This document shows, piece by piece, positions 25,377 to 37,505 of a DNA stretch of 64,000 bases (the first letter of the stretch is position 1; each line of letters starts with the position of its first letter). The stretch covers positions 130,882,001 to 130,946,000 of the forward strand of contig CM059432.1 of the NCBI GenBank assembly GCA_030390025.1. Direction: 5' to 3'. The position numbers and the translations under genes were made by a program. The stretch comes from Squalus acanthias (taxonomy: Eukaryota). The notes below the pieces were generated by a model that saw only the letters and a list, made by a program, of their open reading frames with translations, was not told where the DNA came from and searched no databases.

Positions 25377-26229
25377 GCTTGGCCATGTTGCAGTGTTGGA
25401 GCAACCGCGAGCTGCCCTCTGCCACGCCATTGGGTCACGAAAGAACCTGAGCAGCGGCCTGACCCATTGCGCCCCTCCCTCCACTGTCTGTCCAGCCGGC
25501 TGCCTCTACCCGACTGCCGCAACCAGCCCACTCCAGGTATCCTGCGCCGGAGCCTGGGGATGACATCACTTAGCAACTGTGAACACTTCAGAAGCCATTT
25601 CCATGCCATTGATTCCAAATGGCTTTTCTGTCAACCAGATCCTAAATAGGATGTACATAATTTCCCAGCTAAGGAACTTTCACATTATTTTGTGAGGCCT
25701 CTGAAAGTCCACGGACCCCAGTTTAAGAACCACTGGTCTAGAACATCAATGTCATAGGAACACCGTCACCTGCAAGTTCCCCTCCAAGTTGCACACCATC
25801 CAGCATGGACATATATTGCTGTTCATTCATCGTTGCTGGGTCAGTGTTTTGGAATTTCCTACCTAATGCCATATTGAGAGCACCATCACCACAAGGACTG
25901 CAGCAGTTCAAGGGGGTAGCCCATCACCACCTTCTCGAGGCGACTAACGAGGAGCAATAAATGTGATTTTGCCAGCGTCGCCCACATACCAAGAGCAAAT
26001 TTAATTTTTGTTTAAAAAAACGGGTATTTGCTTCTGTATCAACATTGTAGCTTATCTTTCTACAATAGACAGGTGATAAACATGTTAGCCATGCAGCGAG
26101 ATGATTTTGTGTTTGTTCCAATTGTCTTTTCTGAAGACTTTGACTCTGGGGTGCAGTTTCATGGGCAGCAACAGCTCCTCAATACCTCACCCCAGTGGAT
26201 ATTGTTCATCTGAGTCTAGGTATGGTGCA

Positions 26230-26630
26230 TTAGCAGACTACTTGGCTACTGAGTGCATAACATTGGAGTCTGATTCTGTTTTTGCACAACATCTGCATTT
26301 CGGTAGGGGCCACTTGATAGCAATCGGGAGCAGGACTTCAGGACAATTTTATTTTTTCTTCTCCCTGACCCAGGAATGCTGAGGTCCATTATATCTCTCC
26401 GCTTGCTCTCCTGGCTGAGATCAAATAATTGAGCACAAACCAAAAATAGAACCGGGGCTGTCTTGTATGTATGGCTTAATACCACAGTGGATGGAATCTT
26501 TCGGGAGGGATATGGAGCAAAGGTAGGTAAATGGAATTGAGGTTCCGATCAGCTGTGATCTAATTTAATAGTGGAACAGGCTTGAGGGGCTGAATGGCCT
26601 ACTGTTGTTCCTACGTTCCTTCTTATGTTT
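26230..26630. mobile_element. Old SINE fragment (-, to ~26490) abutting a CR1 3' tail (+, 26490-26630)
   Basis: ctggctgagatca...agaaccgggg motif, then gaggggctgaatggcctactgttgttcctacgttcc. Confidence 0.6.
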
Positions 26631-28584
26631 ACCCATTAGGCCATCTTGCGACCTTGAGATGTCTTTTGTACATTGTATACTTTGAAGTCAATCAAAGGAA
26701 TACTGAAGACTGGATGTTCAAATGTAACCTAAACAATCCTATATAGAGCTCTCTCTCATTTTAAATAGCAACACTTTTGTGTAATTCCTATTAAATCTAA
26801 CTAGCCTGGAATATTGCCTTAAAAATAAATGTCTGACATCGTCAATGGCCTCTGATCACCTCTCTGCAAGTCAGAGGCATGGAAAGCAGCTAAATTACTG
26901 GCATATGTTGAAATAGTGGCTGTTCTGGGCACAGTGTAAACTTCACAATGGGTGGCCTCTGTCGAAGAATCTGGATAATATTGAGGTAGATTTCACAGTG
27001 GGTACCGACTTTGGACAGGATCTGAAGTTCCTTGTTAACAGTAAAAGGGAAACTAAGAGCATGGCTTCATGTCGGTGCTGCTTGCTGTCGTAAGCTTTCT
27101 TCAATACCTCCCACCTGGAATGTATTTTTTTCCTGGTTTTGGAAAGCCAGTAACAGTTTTAGTAAAATGGTTCAGTTCTTAATTCTGTTTGGATGGTTTG
27201 ACACCTAAAGTCAAATCAGATCAAAGGATTTTAACTAACTATTGACTGGTCAGGTGTTGCATGGTATAGTTATGATACTGATGTGTTGCTTCTGGATGGC
27301 TTTGTGCCTGAAATAGAACGAAGCAAATGTCAGTGACATTTCCTCATTTCAATCTGAGATTTTTTTCTTTTCCTTTGTTTTAAAAGTATAGTTAACTTGC
27401 ATTGGCCTAAAGGAAACTGTCTCCGAATCAACCTTGGTTCCTCATTCTCATATGGCTGCTGGAATTAGGAGGAATTTTTGAAACCTGAGATTAGTAGCTG
27501 ATAAAAGTACTACATCACTGGGGGTGTTAAATTTATTTTGTGTCAGCAATGTTGTGGTTAGAGGCATTAAAGTGGCTGCGATCTTAATGTAACTTTTTTT
27601 CTAGCAAGACCAGTTTGAGGTTGTTCGTTTTACTGTACTTGTGTATGTAGAAGTTATTTTCAACAGGTGCTGCCCACAGTGATTTATTGACTATACTAGC
27701 TTTCAGGAAGTAGGTGCATCTATATTAGAAATGGTAGTTTTGTTAAAAATAGCCCACTTGTTTCCTTTTTTTGTTTTGATTTTTTTTGGGCCTCTGGCAG
27801 CTGCTTGTTGACTATTTAGTATGGCCTTACAGTTGCTGGACATTGTAAAAATACAGGCTGAGGGAGAGCTCATAATGCTGCTTAAGTTGTACAAGTCTCT
27901 TTTATACATTGGTCATTGGTCTTTTCAGCAAGTCAGATCATAATGTTTGGTTTGATGAGAGAATTGCTACTTCAAAAATGTCAAGTAGTCCTTAATCAGA
28001 CTTTCTAGTAGTAAAATATTAGTAATTTGTTTTAGACTTGTAAATCTGCTTTTATGAGTGGGTATGATCTAAAGAAGCACAGGCTGCTGTTTGCGTAATT
28101 GTCGACTGCTTTTGATATTCATGTCTTGTATTTTAAGTTTTATGTCAGATTAAACGGCTAGACTTTCTATAAAATACGTTAAAGGTGGCGACTTTCTTGA
28201 GAAAATGCTGATGTATTTTTTGCTGAAACTGCTCCCTTGGGTTTGAGGGGACTACGTATCGTTCAGTAAATCTTCCTTTTTCTGTTGTGTTAAACCGTAG
28301 ATACATTGGTCGTATGCAAGATATGAACTTGGAAGGAGAAAATTTAATATTCTTTGGAGAAGAGTGAAGATTATTTAAAAATTTGGCTGGACATTAAGCC
28401 TTGGCACAATGTTGGGCTCTTAAGACTTTTACTCAGTTGTTAAAATCCATTAATTATGCTCCAAACTTGTAACACTGTCCAGCCTTTTTATTTTCCATGT
28501 AAGGGATGCATATCATCCAGTCTCTTGTTTGAAAGTCCAGTAGACTGGGTTTTGAGGGAGAGAATAAATATTAGTTGCAATTAT

Positions 28585-29260
28585 GCCCAAGAATGAGGCA
28601 CTGTCCTAATGACGCTGCAACACAGGGCTACCTGCATGCTAAGATGGGAAGCTCCAGGCTATTATCTAAGCTAAGCGGTCCCATAATCATTGCCCAATCA
28701 ACAGGAAAGTAAAGGAAATGACTCAAACAGTGCCACCGAGTCACACCTACTTGCCAATAACTTGTTTGCTGACGCTCAATTCGGATTTCATCAGAAATGC
28801 TCTGTTTCAGACCTCGTCACAGCCTCGAGTTCCTCAGGGAAGTGTTCTCAGCCCAATCATCTTCAGCTGCTTCAGCAAAGGGTCTGTTTGCTGATAATTC
28901 CAGTGTTAAACTCCAGTAAAAATTCCTCCAATAATGGAACAGTTCATGCCAGCCTACAACAGGACCTGGATAGCACCCAGGTTTGGGCTGACGAGTGGCA
29001 GGTAACATTCGTGCCGCAAGTGTATTCTCCAACAAGAAAAAGCCCAACAATCCTCCTCTGCTCTTCAATGAGACCCCAACATTATGTAGTTATCATTGAT
29101 CAGAAGCATAACTGGATCAGCCATTTCAAAAATGTGACTACAGAGCCTGGTTACTCTGCGATGAGTGGCTCACCTCCTAACCCCTCAAAGCTTCTCCACC
29201 ATCTATAGGCTCAAGTCAGGAGTGTGATGGAATACTCATGACTCATCTGGATGGATCCAC
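28585..29260 (+). mobile_element. Degraded, internally deleted LINE-B; its 3' end resumes at ~30895-30970
   Basis: HLLANNLFADAQFGFHQ and SLQQDLDSTQVWADEWQVTFVP match the ORFs at 51487-52534. Confidence 0.8.
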
Positions 29261-29291
29261 CTACATGTTAGCCGTGCACCAAGATGACATT

Positions 29292-30858
29292 GGGCCATAA
29301 TTTGCGGCCCCTATGGGCGTGTATGAGGTGCATACGCGCCCGTAAGGGCCCCACAAGTTCCGGGTTTTCGCACACGAAGCACATGCGCGAAAACCCAGAA
29401 CTTGCGATCTGTCAAGAATCTTGACCGATCCAATGCTTCCCCAGAAAAAGGGCATCTGCGGGCGGAGATTTGGGCTATTTGCCCAACCTCTGCCCAGCGA
29501 ATGCCCGTGAATTTCTTAGGCCTGACGTAAGGCCTGCTTTTACCAGTGTAAGGGGTAAAAATTCACTTGGTTGCGCCACCCGTTAGCGCCTTAAGAGGGC
29601 GCTAATGGGGCGCAAAGCCGCTAACGCCCGGGCGCAGCGATGTTTGCGCCGCTCGAGAACTTAACTTGAGATCGTGCGGCGGCGCTAAAACTTACCGCTG
29701 CGACCACCTGCGCGCGCAGATTGTGACGTCATTCCATGGTGCAACGCCCTTGGGGCGCCCCGTAGCGGAAATTGAGTGGCGCCCCCTGCCTTACCGCCTG
29801 GCGCTTCCAACGACCAGAAGACTGGAACGCTATCAATCGCTGTGGGGCTGGGGGGGGCGCTATTTAAAGGGGGCCTCTTCCTGTCTTTTATTGTTGGTGG
29901 CATTTTTGAACTACGCATTCTGAGAGAGAGAGGGAGAGACTTCTGGAGAGATTCAACGTTGTGTGAAGGAGTTTTGGGCACTGAGCAGCACTTTGCAGGT
30001 TCATTTTGATTTGCCATTCCTTGTATCGATTTAGCAGAGACCGTGGGAGCTGCACTCTGAGCTCTTTGCCTGGTGCTCTCCATTGTTCTTTCCAGCACAT
30101 TTGATGTGCAAGTCTCTCCAGGCCGAGATTCAAGGCAGCAATGAACAGGATGCGGATGGAAAGCAAGATTAACCATCCCCTTTAAGAACTGGCCCGTGCC
30201 ATTGTGTGTGTGTTCCATTGCTGACTGACATTACATGAGCTTCGCCAGCGCTCCGAGTTAGCGCCTCACTGCTCGGCCTTTGCGCCTTAAGAGAGGTGTG
30301 CAGCGCCTGCCTTAGCGCTCCACTCACCTCCCGGGGCGGTAAAAGTGAAGTTTCCCGTCAGTGCCGATAATTAGCGCCAGGCGCTAATATTTGCGTCCGG
30401 ACGATATTTGCGCCCCAAATGGGACGCGACCTAATTTCTACCCCTAAGAGTTTAAAAAAAATAAAAATAAATTATCAATCATTTATAGATTAAAAAACCT
30501 GTGCATTAAGGTAAGTTTATTTTTAGTCCTATTAAAACATTTAAATTTATTTTTCAAAAAAATAGATTTTTGTTTTAAATGTAATTTTTTATTTATTTAT
30601 TTGATGTGTAGATGTATATTTTGGGGTATTCCCATTCAGGCTTATGGGGTTTCCGTACATGAATGGGGATTCCCTTCTATTATTGGTTGGGTTGGCCCAT
30701 GTGATCCCAGGGGCACTTGCGAACCGCCTGCGCCTCTGGGATACGTGGGCCTCTACCCGCGAAGCTTCGTACCTCCCGGACCACCAGGTACGCGGGCATT
30801 TTAATTGCGGATCGGAGGCATTTCCCCGCAGGAAGCCTCCGACCGCAAATTCAGGGCC
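29292..30858. mobile_element. Harbinger/PHIS-like MITE (outer element)
   Basis: Imperfect TIRs GGGCCATAATTTGCGG / CCGCAAATTCAGGGCC (13/16); ATT on both flanks (29289-29291, 30859-30861); many internal hairpins. Confidence 0.7.
29552..30444. mobile_element. PIF/Harbinger non-autonomous element (inner)
   Basis: TIRs GGGGTAAAAATT / AATTTCTACCCC; TAA TSD at 29549-29551 and 30445-30447; repeated subterminal TTAGCGCC/GGCGCTAA. Confidence 0.88.
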
Positions 30859-31417
30859 ATTGTGTTTGTTCTAGTTGTTTCTTCTGCAGACATTGACTCT
30901 ACCACAAGAACTGCAGTAGTTAAAGGAGAAGGTCCAACACCACCTACTCGACAACTGGGAATGGGCAGCTGAAAAGTAGCTCTGAAAGCATAGTTCACAT
31001 CCCATGAATTAAAATTAAAATAAGTTTATATGGCCTTTGTAGGCTAGGAATTGATTCTGGAGAGTCTGTTATAGTAGCATGGGGGGAGGGAATCTTAGCA
31101 AGGGTGGAAGCCAAATGGCTTGTTAGTGAATAGGAACTAAACAATAAAATTGGGATGATTTGCTTCCTGTTTGCCCAATATTTTTTGTGACACAAGACAA
31201 TCCTTCTGATTGCTTACAAAAAGAAACGTAAAATGGGTGGTGGGGGGTCAAAGTAAAGTCCAATGCAACCAAAAAGAAAACAAAAACAATCTATTAATTA
31301 TTGTTCTGTACCTATTAAAGTTGAAGTGTTTTTTTGCGTTTTTGGAGTTGTCTGTATCATTGATTGGGATACTATCTTCATTTTTTCCCCCTGAATAACT
31401 TGCATACTTTTGCAGCA

Positions 31418-31623
31418 AGTTAAAACAGAAAATGCTGGAAATACTCAGCAGGTCAGGCAGCATCTGTGGAGAGAAACAGAGTTAACGTTTCAGGTCGAAA
31501 GGTCATCGACCTGAAACGTTAACTCTGTTTCTCTCTCCACAGATGCTACCTGACCTGCTGAGTATTTCCAGCATTTTCTGTGTTTATTTCAGATTTCCAG
31601 CATCCACAGTATTTTGCTATTGT
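31418..31623. mobile_element. Fold-back Penelope-like terminal insertion with 14-bp TSD
   Basis: Arms ~31422-31498 and 31506-31585, 7-nt loop; ATACTTTTGCAGCA at 31404-31417 and 31624-31637. Confidence 0.9.
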
Positions 31624-32548
31624 ATACTTTTGCAGCAGTTGTATTTGAGCAATTTTTTTTTAATGCTTTAAAATTTATTTTAAGTGCCATTTCCAGTCAT
31701 AAGGAACTACAGTTAGTAAATTCCTCCTGAAAACCGCTTGCGTTGTGGTTGAAACAGGTGCTAGAATTTGCAAAGAGGGAGTGAGCAAAAGGGGGAAACT
31801 GCAAATGCTAAAGATTGGTTTGCAAACATTAATTTGTTAGGGTAGTAGGCAAGATCAGCAATATTAAGGAATTTCATACGATAGCAAAATACTGCGGATG
31901 CTGAATTTCATAGATGAGCTAGTGAAGTTTTTTTTTACTTTCAACTATTATGCAAAATTGAGATACAAATATTGATTATCAAAGGTAATTGTTGTCTTTG
32001 CAGAACTTACCGAACCCTGGGGATCCTGACTTTTCGAACAAAAACTTGCATCAATAGTTATTCGTTTCACCATATTATCCCCAGAACTTAATGTGCTGAG
32101 AGTCACTTGGGGGGGGAAAAAAAAGGTGGCAAATGGAGCATTGCAGCTGCACACGGAGCTGTCTGCAGTTGCCAGCATCCTGCTTGTTTCCTTTCTGATG
32201 ATTTGATAGAGTCAGATGTCAACAGGGCACAGAACCAGGCATGTGCTTCAGTGGGAGACAGTGAGCCTGCCAACTGTAAGGAGACCAGTTGGAAGGCAAA
32301 CAATCAGATTTTGCCGTGACTTTTGAACCACGTTGCGTGGTGCAGACATATATTGCCTCTGGCCTGATGCATGTATTGCAGTATATGAATACAGTAAATC
32401 TTAACTGAATGGCAGCATCAGAAATAGCTTAAAACTTGCACAAGCTGCAAAATCTTTCATATTCTGCCGTGGTTTGTTGGAGCCGATAGTCTGTCAGACA
32501 TACTGCTGAGAATGTTCATTACATGTGCAGAGAGACCGAGGGACCTTG

Positions 32549-32562
32549 GTTGCTATGGGAAC
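32549..32562. promoter_or_regulatory. Candidate RFX X-box
   Basis: GTTGCTATGGGAAC vs consensus GTTGCCATGGCAAC; motif match only. Confidence 0.35.
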
Positions 32563-33764
32563 GCGATCATGTGCCAGTTTGTGATGTTGCTGTGGGACTT
32601 TTTTTCCAATTTTTTTTTTGTTTCCTTTTGTTAATGGTGGATTGAATTTGTGTCCACAAAATTACGCATTAAGGGTCTGTTCAGAGATAGTGCAGAATAA
32701 ATCTTTTAACTTGTTAGGCATTGCTTTTAATTCCTTGGTAGTTATTGAACATCAGCATTTTGCAACCTAAGGTAGTTTTGTGCCTGTGAATCAGAGTAAT
32801 CTATGCATCAAATTCACAATTACAAGCTGAAGGTAAATTATCATTTTGAAGGCTTAAAATGAGAGGATTTTGATATTTTGTTTAGGCTGGAGGAAAAACT
32901 AGAGGGAGCATTTCTCCGCAATTAACTCTGTTTTATTTGAACCGTGGTTTCTTGATGCTGAGACTGGTTTACAAAGAAGGAAAATGGTCCATCCTGCAAC
33001 ATTGGCATTGCTTACGTTGGTGGAAAAGAGAATACCCAAAACTAGAAATGTTTGTTCTTGCTATATATTTCATTCCCATGACTAAGGTAACTCATGTGCA
33101 CCCCAGCTGAAAGGACTGATATTCAGCTTCTAGGCTTTTGTACTGCTCTAAATCAGTAAGGGGTATGCATTGACTCCTGAAATGCTTTCATGTTGCTCTT
33201 CATCAGCGGCTCCTCTTGTACAGGTCTCCCGCAGCTGGCAGTCATGTCAGCGTATTTCTGTCATTTTTTAGACTGGTGGTAAGGCAGACCTGTTATCCGC
33301 TGATACTTTGGGGGTAAAAAAAGACGTGCAATTGTATAGCTCCTTACTGCATCTTTCAGAAACATCTCAACCTTCTTTAATTAATTAATTTGAAATTTAG
33401 TGACGGTTCTGTAGGCATTTTGTACATGGCAAGATCCCACTAACAGTAGCAAGATGAATAGCGAGCGAGCCTGTTCTGACTTAAATAGTGTCATAGGATA
33501 TTTGTCTACCAAAATGGGCCTTAGTTTAATGTCTCAACCAAAGAATGTAACTTCCAGCAAAGTAGTGTACTGCTATGACTGCTTACATTATGTGCTCATG
33601 TTCTAGTGCTTGAGTAGGACTCCATTGTGTATTTAATGTAGAGCCACTGTAACCTGTTGGGAAGTGAAAAAGTTAAGCACTCCAATAATTTTGTTTTTAA
33701 AAGCTTTAGTCCACAATGAAAGTGTAAGAATGTTTACACCTATGAAAGTCTAGTGTTCTGCATA

Positions 33765-33902
33765 ATATAAGAAATAGGAGCAGGAGTAGGCCATATGGCC
33801 CCTCGAGCCTGCTCCACCATTCAATAAGATTATGGCTGATCTTCTACCTCCGCTTTCCCGCCATATCCTCATATCCCTTCATTCCCTTAGTGTCCAAAAA
33901 TG
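33765..33902 (-). mobile_element. CR1 3' terminal fragment
   Basis: aagaaataggagcaggagtaggcc...ctcgagcctgctcc, near-identical to 22599-22670. Confidence 0.85.
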
Positions 33903-35247
33903 TTCGTGTTCTAGTCACAAAGAACCTATACCCCATTTACAGTATATATCTGAGCAGCTTCCACTGTCTGTTGACTGAGCATCTTGCCAGAAAGGGAATG
34001 AAAGGCAGACGTTGGAGGCAGAGCTGTGATGTAAATAGGATTTTAAGGTGCTGCTTATTAAGATGTATTTTAGAGCTTCCATCTATCCACTAAAACTCCT
34101 GTATAGCCCTAAATATGTGTGTTTTTATTCCTTCGGCATTCATTTCATTTAAATCTCTGCAGCTACCTTTCGCTTCCTTCCTGGCAAGTTAACGGACAGT
34201 TTCTCTTGTTAGAGCCGTCAGCTCCCAATCTGTGGGTCACACTTAGCGGCAACGACGCCAAAGCAAATTTGTAGATCCGGTTTAAAAATAACACATGGCT
34301 TGGAATATCTGGCAAATTTACTTTAGTGTTGCCACTGGCTGTGCAATACTTGTGCTTCAGCGGGGTGACTGCAATAGCACAATTTAAAAGAAGCTTTTAA
34401 TGTGAATTCAGGCCATTTAGTCTGGGAGCATATCTAAAACATCATGGATCAAAACAATTGCATTGAAGTAGTAGTTCTAGAAAGGCATAGGATAGCATTA
34501 GTATAAGCCTACTTGATGACCCGAATGGTGAATTGCTTTCCTCTATTTGGACAGTTGCAGGCATCTAGCCCCAGGTTTCCGTTTTGGTTTATTTAACTTC
34601 TCAATGTGTCTACCAATGATAAAATCAGCTAGTTATTGGGATGTCTCACTACTATATTTCATGCGACAGAGGAAATAAATTAGTCTCACTAATTAACACC
34701 TCTTCTGTTTGCTGCTAATGGAGCAGTAGTGTTCTGTCTGGAAGAAGCTGCTTTGATGTAAAGGAGGAGCCCCACATTTGTGCATAGAAGTGAACTGACT
34801 TCCACTGTTCTCCTTCCTTTTTTCAGTTTAGAATAAAGGATAATTGCATGACCTCAAACTAGTTTTGTTATGAGAAATGCTGTTGTTTGCACATAGTATC
34901 TAATTTGCGCACAGTATCTAGACAGGTATATAGTCTGTTTGGCAAGCTCATGCTGCTTTAAAACCTCACGTGTTGGGTTGTGGCCCACAACTGAAAACCT
35001 ATTTGTCCCAAGCTTAGCCAAACCACAGATGTTGAATAAAGCCCGTCATTGTCACATTGTAATTATTGATGTCATGTTAAGCACAAACCGACTTGGTTCC
35101 AGCAGCTGATCCCGCACCTTGTTGGGGATAGTTTGTATGTATCTACGTAACCATTCTGTGGGGGCAAATTAGTTTTCTTGCCTTCAGTAAACGATGTGCT
35201 AAACTTTGTAGGTGCTTTGTACGGCCACTGTTTTAATCAGATTCCAG

Positions 35248-35677
35248 GACATAGAAACATAGAATCTAGGAGCAGGAGTAGGCCATTCGGCCCGTCGAGC
35301 CTGCTCCGCCATTCAATACGATCATGGCTGATCATCCAAATCCAGTACCCTGTCCCTGCTTTAATCCCCACAGTACACATATCCCACCCTACCCCCGTAA
35401 CTCCACGTATTTAATTCCCCCTAACATATCCCATCCTATCCCCATAACCCCACATATTTAATCCCCCCTAACACTAAGGGTCAATTTATCATAGCCAAAT
35501 CAACCTAACCTGCACATTTTTGGACTGTGGGAGGAAACCGGAGCACCCGGAGGAAACCCACGCAGACACGGGGAGAATGTGCAAACTCCACACAGACAGT
35601 CACCCGAGGTCAGATTCGAACCCGGGTCCCTGGCGCTGTGAGACACCAGTGCTAACCACTATGCCACCGTGTTGCCC
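35248..35677 (-). mobile_element. V-SINE (HE1-like), full length, with CR1 tail
   Basis: tRNA head GGTGGCATAGTGG...GGGTTCGAATC; V-domain GGGTTTCCTCCGGGTGCTCCGGTTTCCTCCCAC; tail gggccgaatggcctactcctgctcc + (TTCTATGT)2. Confidence 0.9.
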
Positions 35678-35984
35678 ATTGGCCAGCTCCTGGTGTTTAC
35701 ACTGATTCTATTATCCGAGTAGCAGACTCTTAGATCCACGAAAAACTGTGTCTGTGAGACTGCAGCTAGAATAAGGGGAACTGGATTTAGCAGCAAAAAT
35801 GCTGGAAGTTGGTTTATGGGTGCCAGTCTCTTCGAATCCAGATTAAAACGACGCCAGTATAAAAGTACTGTAAATTAGGTTTAAATTCCTGTCCAGAGAT
35901 GAGCATCTCCATATTTTACTGTTTCCCTTTGACTTTTGCAGCACCAAAACTTAATTATGGTGATACAAAAGCAAAATACTGTGG

Positions 35985-36098
35985 ATGCTGGAAATCTGAA
36001 ATAAAAACAGAAAATGCTGGAAACACTTAGCAGGTCACGCAGCATCTGTGGAGAGAGAAACCGTTGACGTTTCAGATCAATGACCTTTCATCAGAACC
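35985..36098 (-). mobile_element. Penelope-like 3' fragment
   Basis: Near-identical to 5337-5465. Confidence 0.85.
36063..36097 (-). ncRNA. Minimal type I hammerhead ribozyme motif (PLE-type)
   Basis: Reverse strand GTT-CTGATGA-A-AGGTC-ATT-GATCT-GAAA-CG-TC-AAC. Confidence 0.65.
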
Positions 36099-37061
36099 AT
36101 TCATTCTGGCGATGGTGGACATTACCCAGGCATCCAACTAAGGTGGTGTTTAGGAGTTTTGCAGCTTCCCTGGATCACAGACTTTGAATTAAAAAATAAA
36201 ACAAAACAACACCGTCTCCAAAAATTAAATAAACCAAAATATGTGAGTTTCTATTTCTGAAATAAAGGATGCCACCTGACTGAAGTAGGAGTGAAATTAT
36301 GCAATTTGCAAAAAGAAATATGCAATTTGCACAGCTACTTTGCATTTATGCTTCAACAGGAAGCAGTTGATCTGATGGTTGTTTCCCTGATGAAATTTGT
36401 TCCCTGTATGCTAGGAATGTCGTAGATGGAGGGAGAACCATATATCTGCATTGCTGTAGTGTAAAAAGTGCCTTGTATTGTAGGTATAATGGAGTACACT
36501 AGGTTCATTTTTGTGCAAGTGGCATCTGAAGGTATCAGGGCAACCTTTTCCTGAATCCTGCCAAAGTAATGGTGGTTTCTCAACTTGTCTGTTTATCCTG
36601 TTGATCCATACTTATTTGCATTAGGTTAAACATTTACATGATACTGATGCAGAGCTTGCACCCTTGTGACCTTTTTTGTATATCTGTCTGTCAGGCAAGA
36701 GCCACTTTAGGAAATTGTTACTGCAATAACCGTTCAGGGTCCAGGATGCTGCCATGCTTATATTGGATGGTAGAGTCAACATTGGTCGATATAACACAAC
36801 AGCTGCCTGTGTGGTTAGCTGAGCTGCTTGGCCAGAAACTGTGGCTGCTTCTGACGAGTTACTCTGCTGTCAGAAACTGCACTGCCATTGAAGGCACCTG
36901 CAGGAACCCCTTTTGGAGGTGCTCATTTCCTCCAGCGACAGCAGTTTGGTTTATTTTACGACTATAGCCTATAAATGTGCTTTGTTTCTGTGTAAGGTTA
37001 CATCCAGGAATGACTCTAGATGTCTGTACTATTCAGGATTTCACAAAATTGTTATGCACAA

Positions 37062-37502
37062 GTGTCAGCCGTGGCTCAGTGGTATCGCTCTCTCCGGAGT
37101 CAGAAGGTTGTGGGTTCAAGTCTCACTCCAGAGATTTGAGCACATGACCTAGGCTGACACTTCAGTGCAATACTGAAGGAGTGCTGCACTGTTAGTGGTG
37201 CCGTATTTTAGATGAGACGTTGAACCTCTCATCCTCTCGGGTGGATGCAAAAGATCTCTAATTTGAAGAAGAGCATGGGAGTTCTAACTAGTGACCTGGC
37301 CGATATTCATCCCTCAACCAACACCTAAAAGCGGATTATCTGGTCATGATCTCATTTGCTGTTTGTGGGACCTTGCTGTGTGCAAATTGGCTGCTGCGTT
37401 ACATTACAACAGTAACTACACTTCAAAAGTACTTCATTGGCAGAAAAGGGCTTTGGGATGTCCTGAGGTCGTGAAAGGCACTATATAACTGCAAGTCTTT
37501 CT
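37062..37502 (+). mobile_element. DeuSINE (SacSINE1-like), full length
   Basis: Aligns end to end with 12161-12605. Confidence 0.85.
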
Positions 37503-37505
37503 TTT

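Larger units (their letters stand above)
24510..25735 (-). mobile_element. hAT (Charlie/Buster-type) non-autonomous DNA transposon
   Basis: TIRs CAGTGGTTCTCAAAC / GTTTAAGAACCACTG; 8-bp TSD GTCTAGAA at 24502-24509 and 25736-25743; dimerisation-domain remnant YPELVKEAMKVLLPFPTTYICETSFSAMVTMKT at ~24660-24760. Confidence 0.93.
21890..26010 (+). mobile_element. Degraded LINE-B (CR1-group LINE) split into three pieces (~21890-22575, 23812-24509, 25744-26010) by later insertions
   Basis: Collinear with the reverse complement of 50875-52565; ends in tail gcaataaatgtgattttgccagcgtcgcccacat. Confidence 0.85.

Noticed and set aside
25194-25649. 151-aa ORF
   Set aside because: Lies inside the hAT element and crosses a (CT)n repeat
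29685-30218. 177-aa ORF as a host gene
   Set aside because: Entirely within the Harbinger element, with no intact domain
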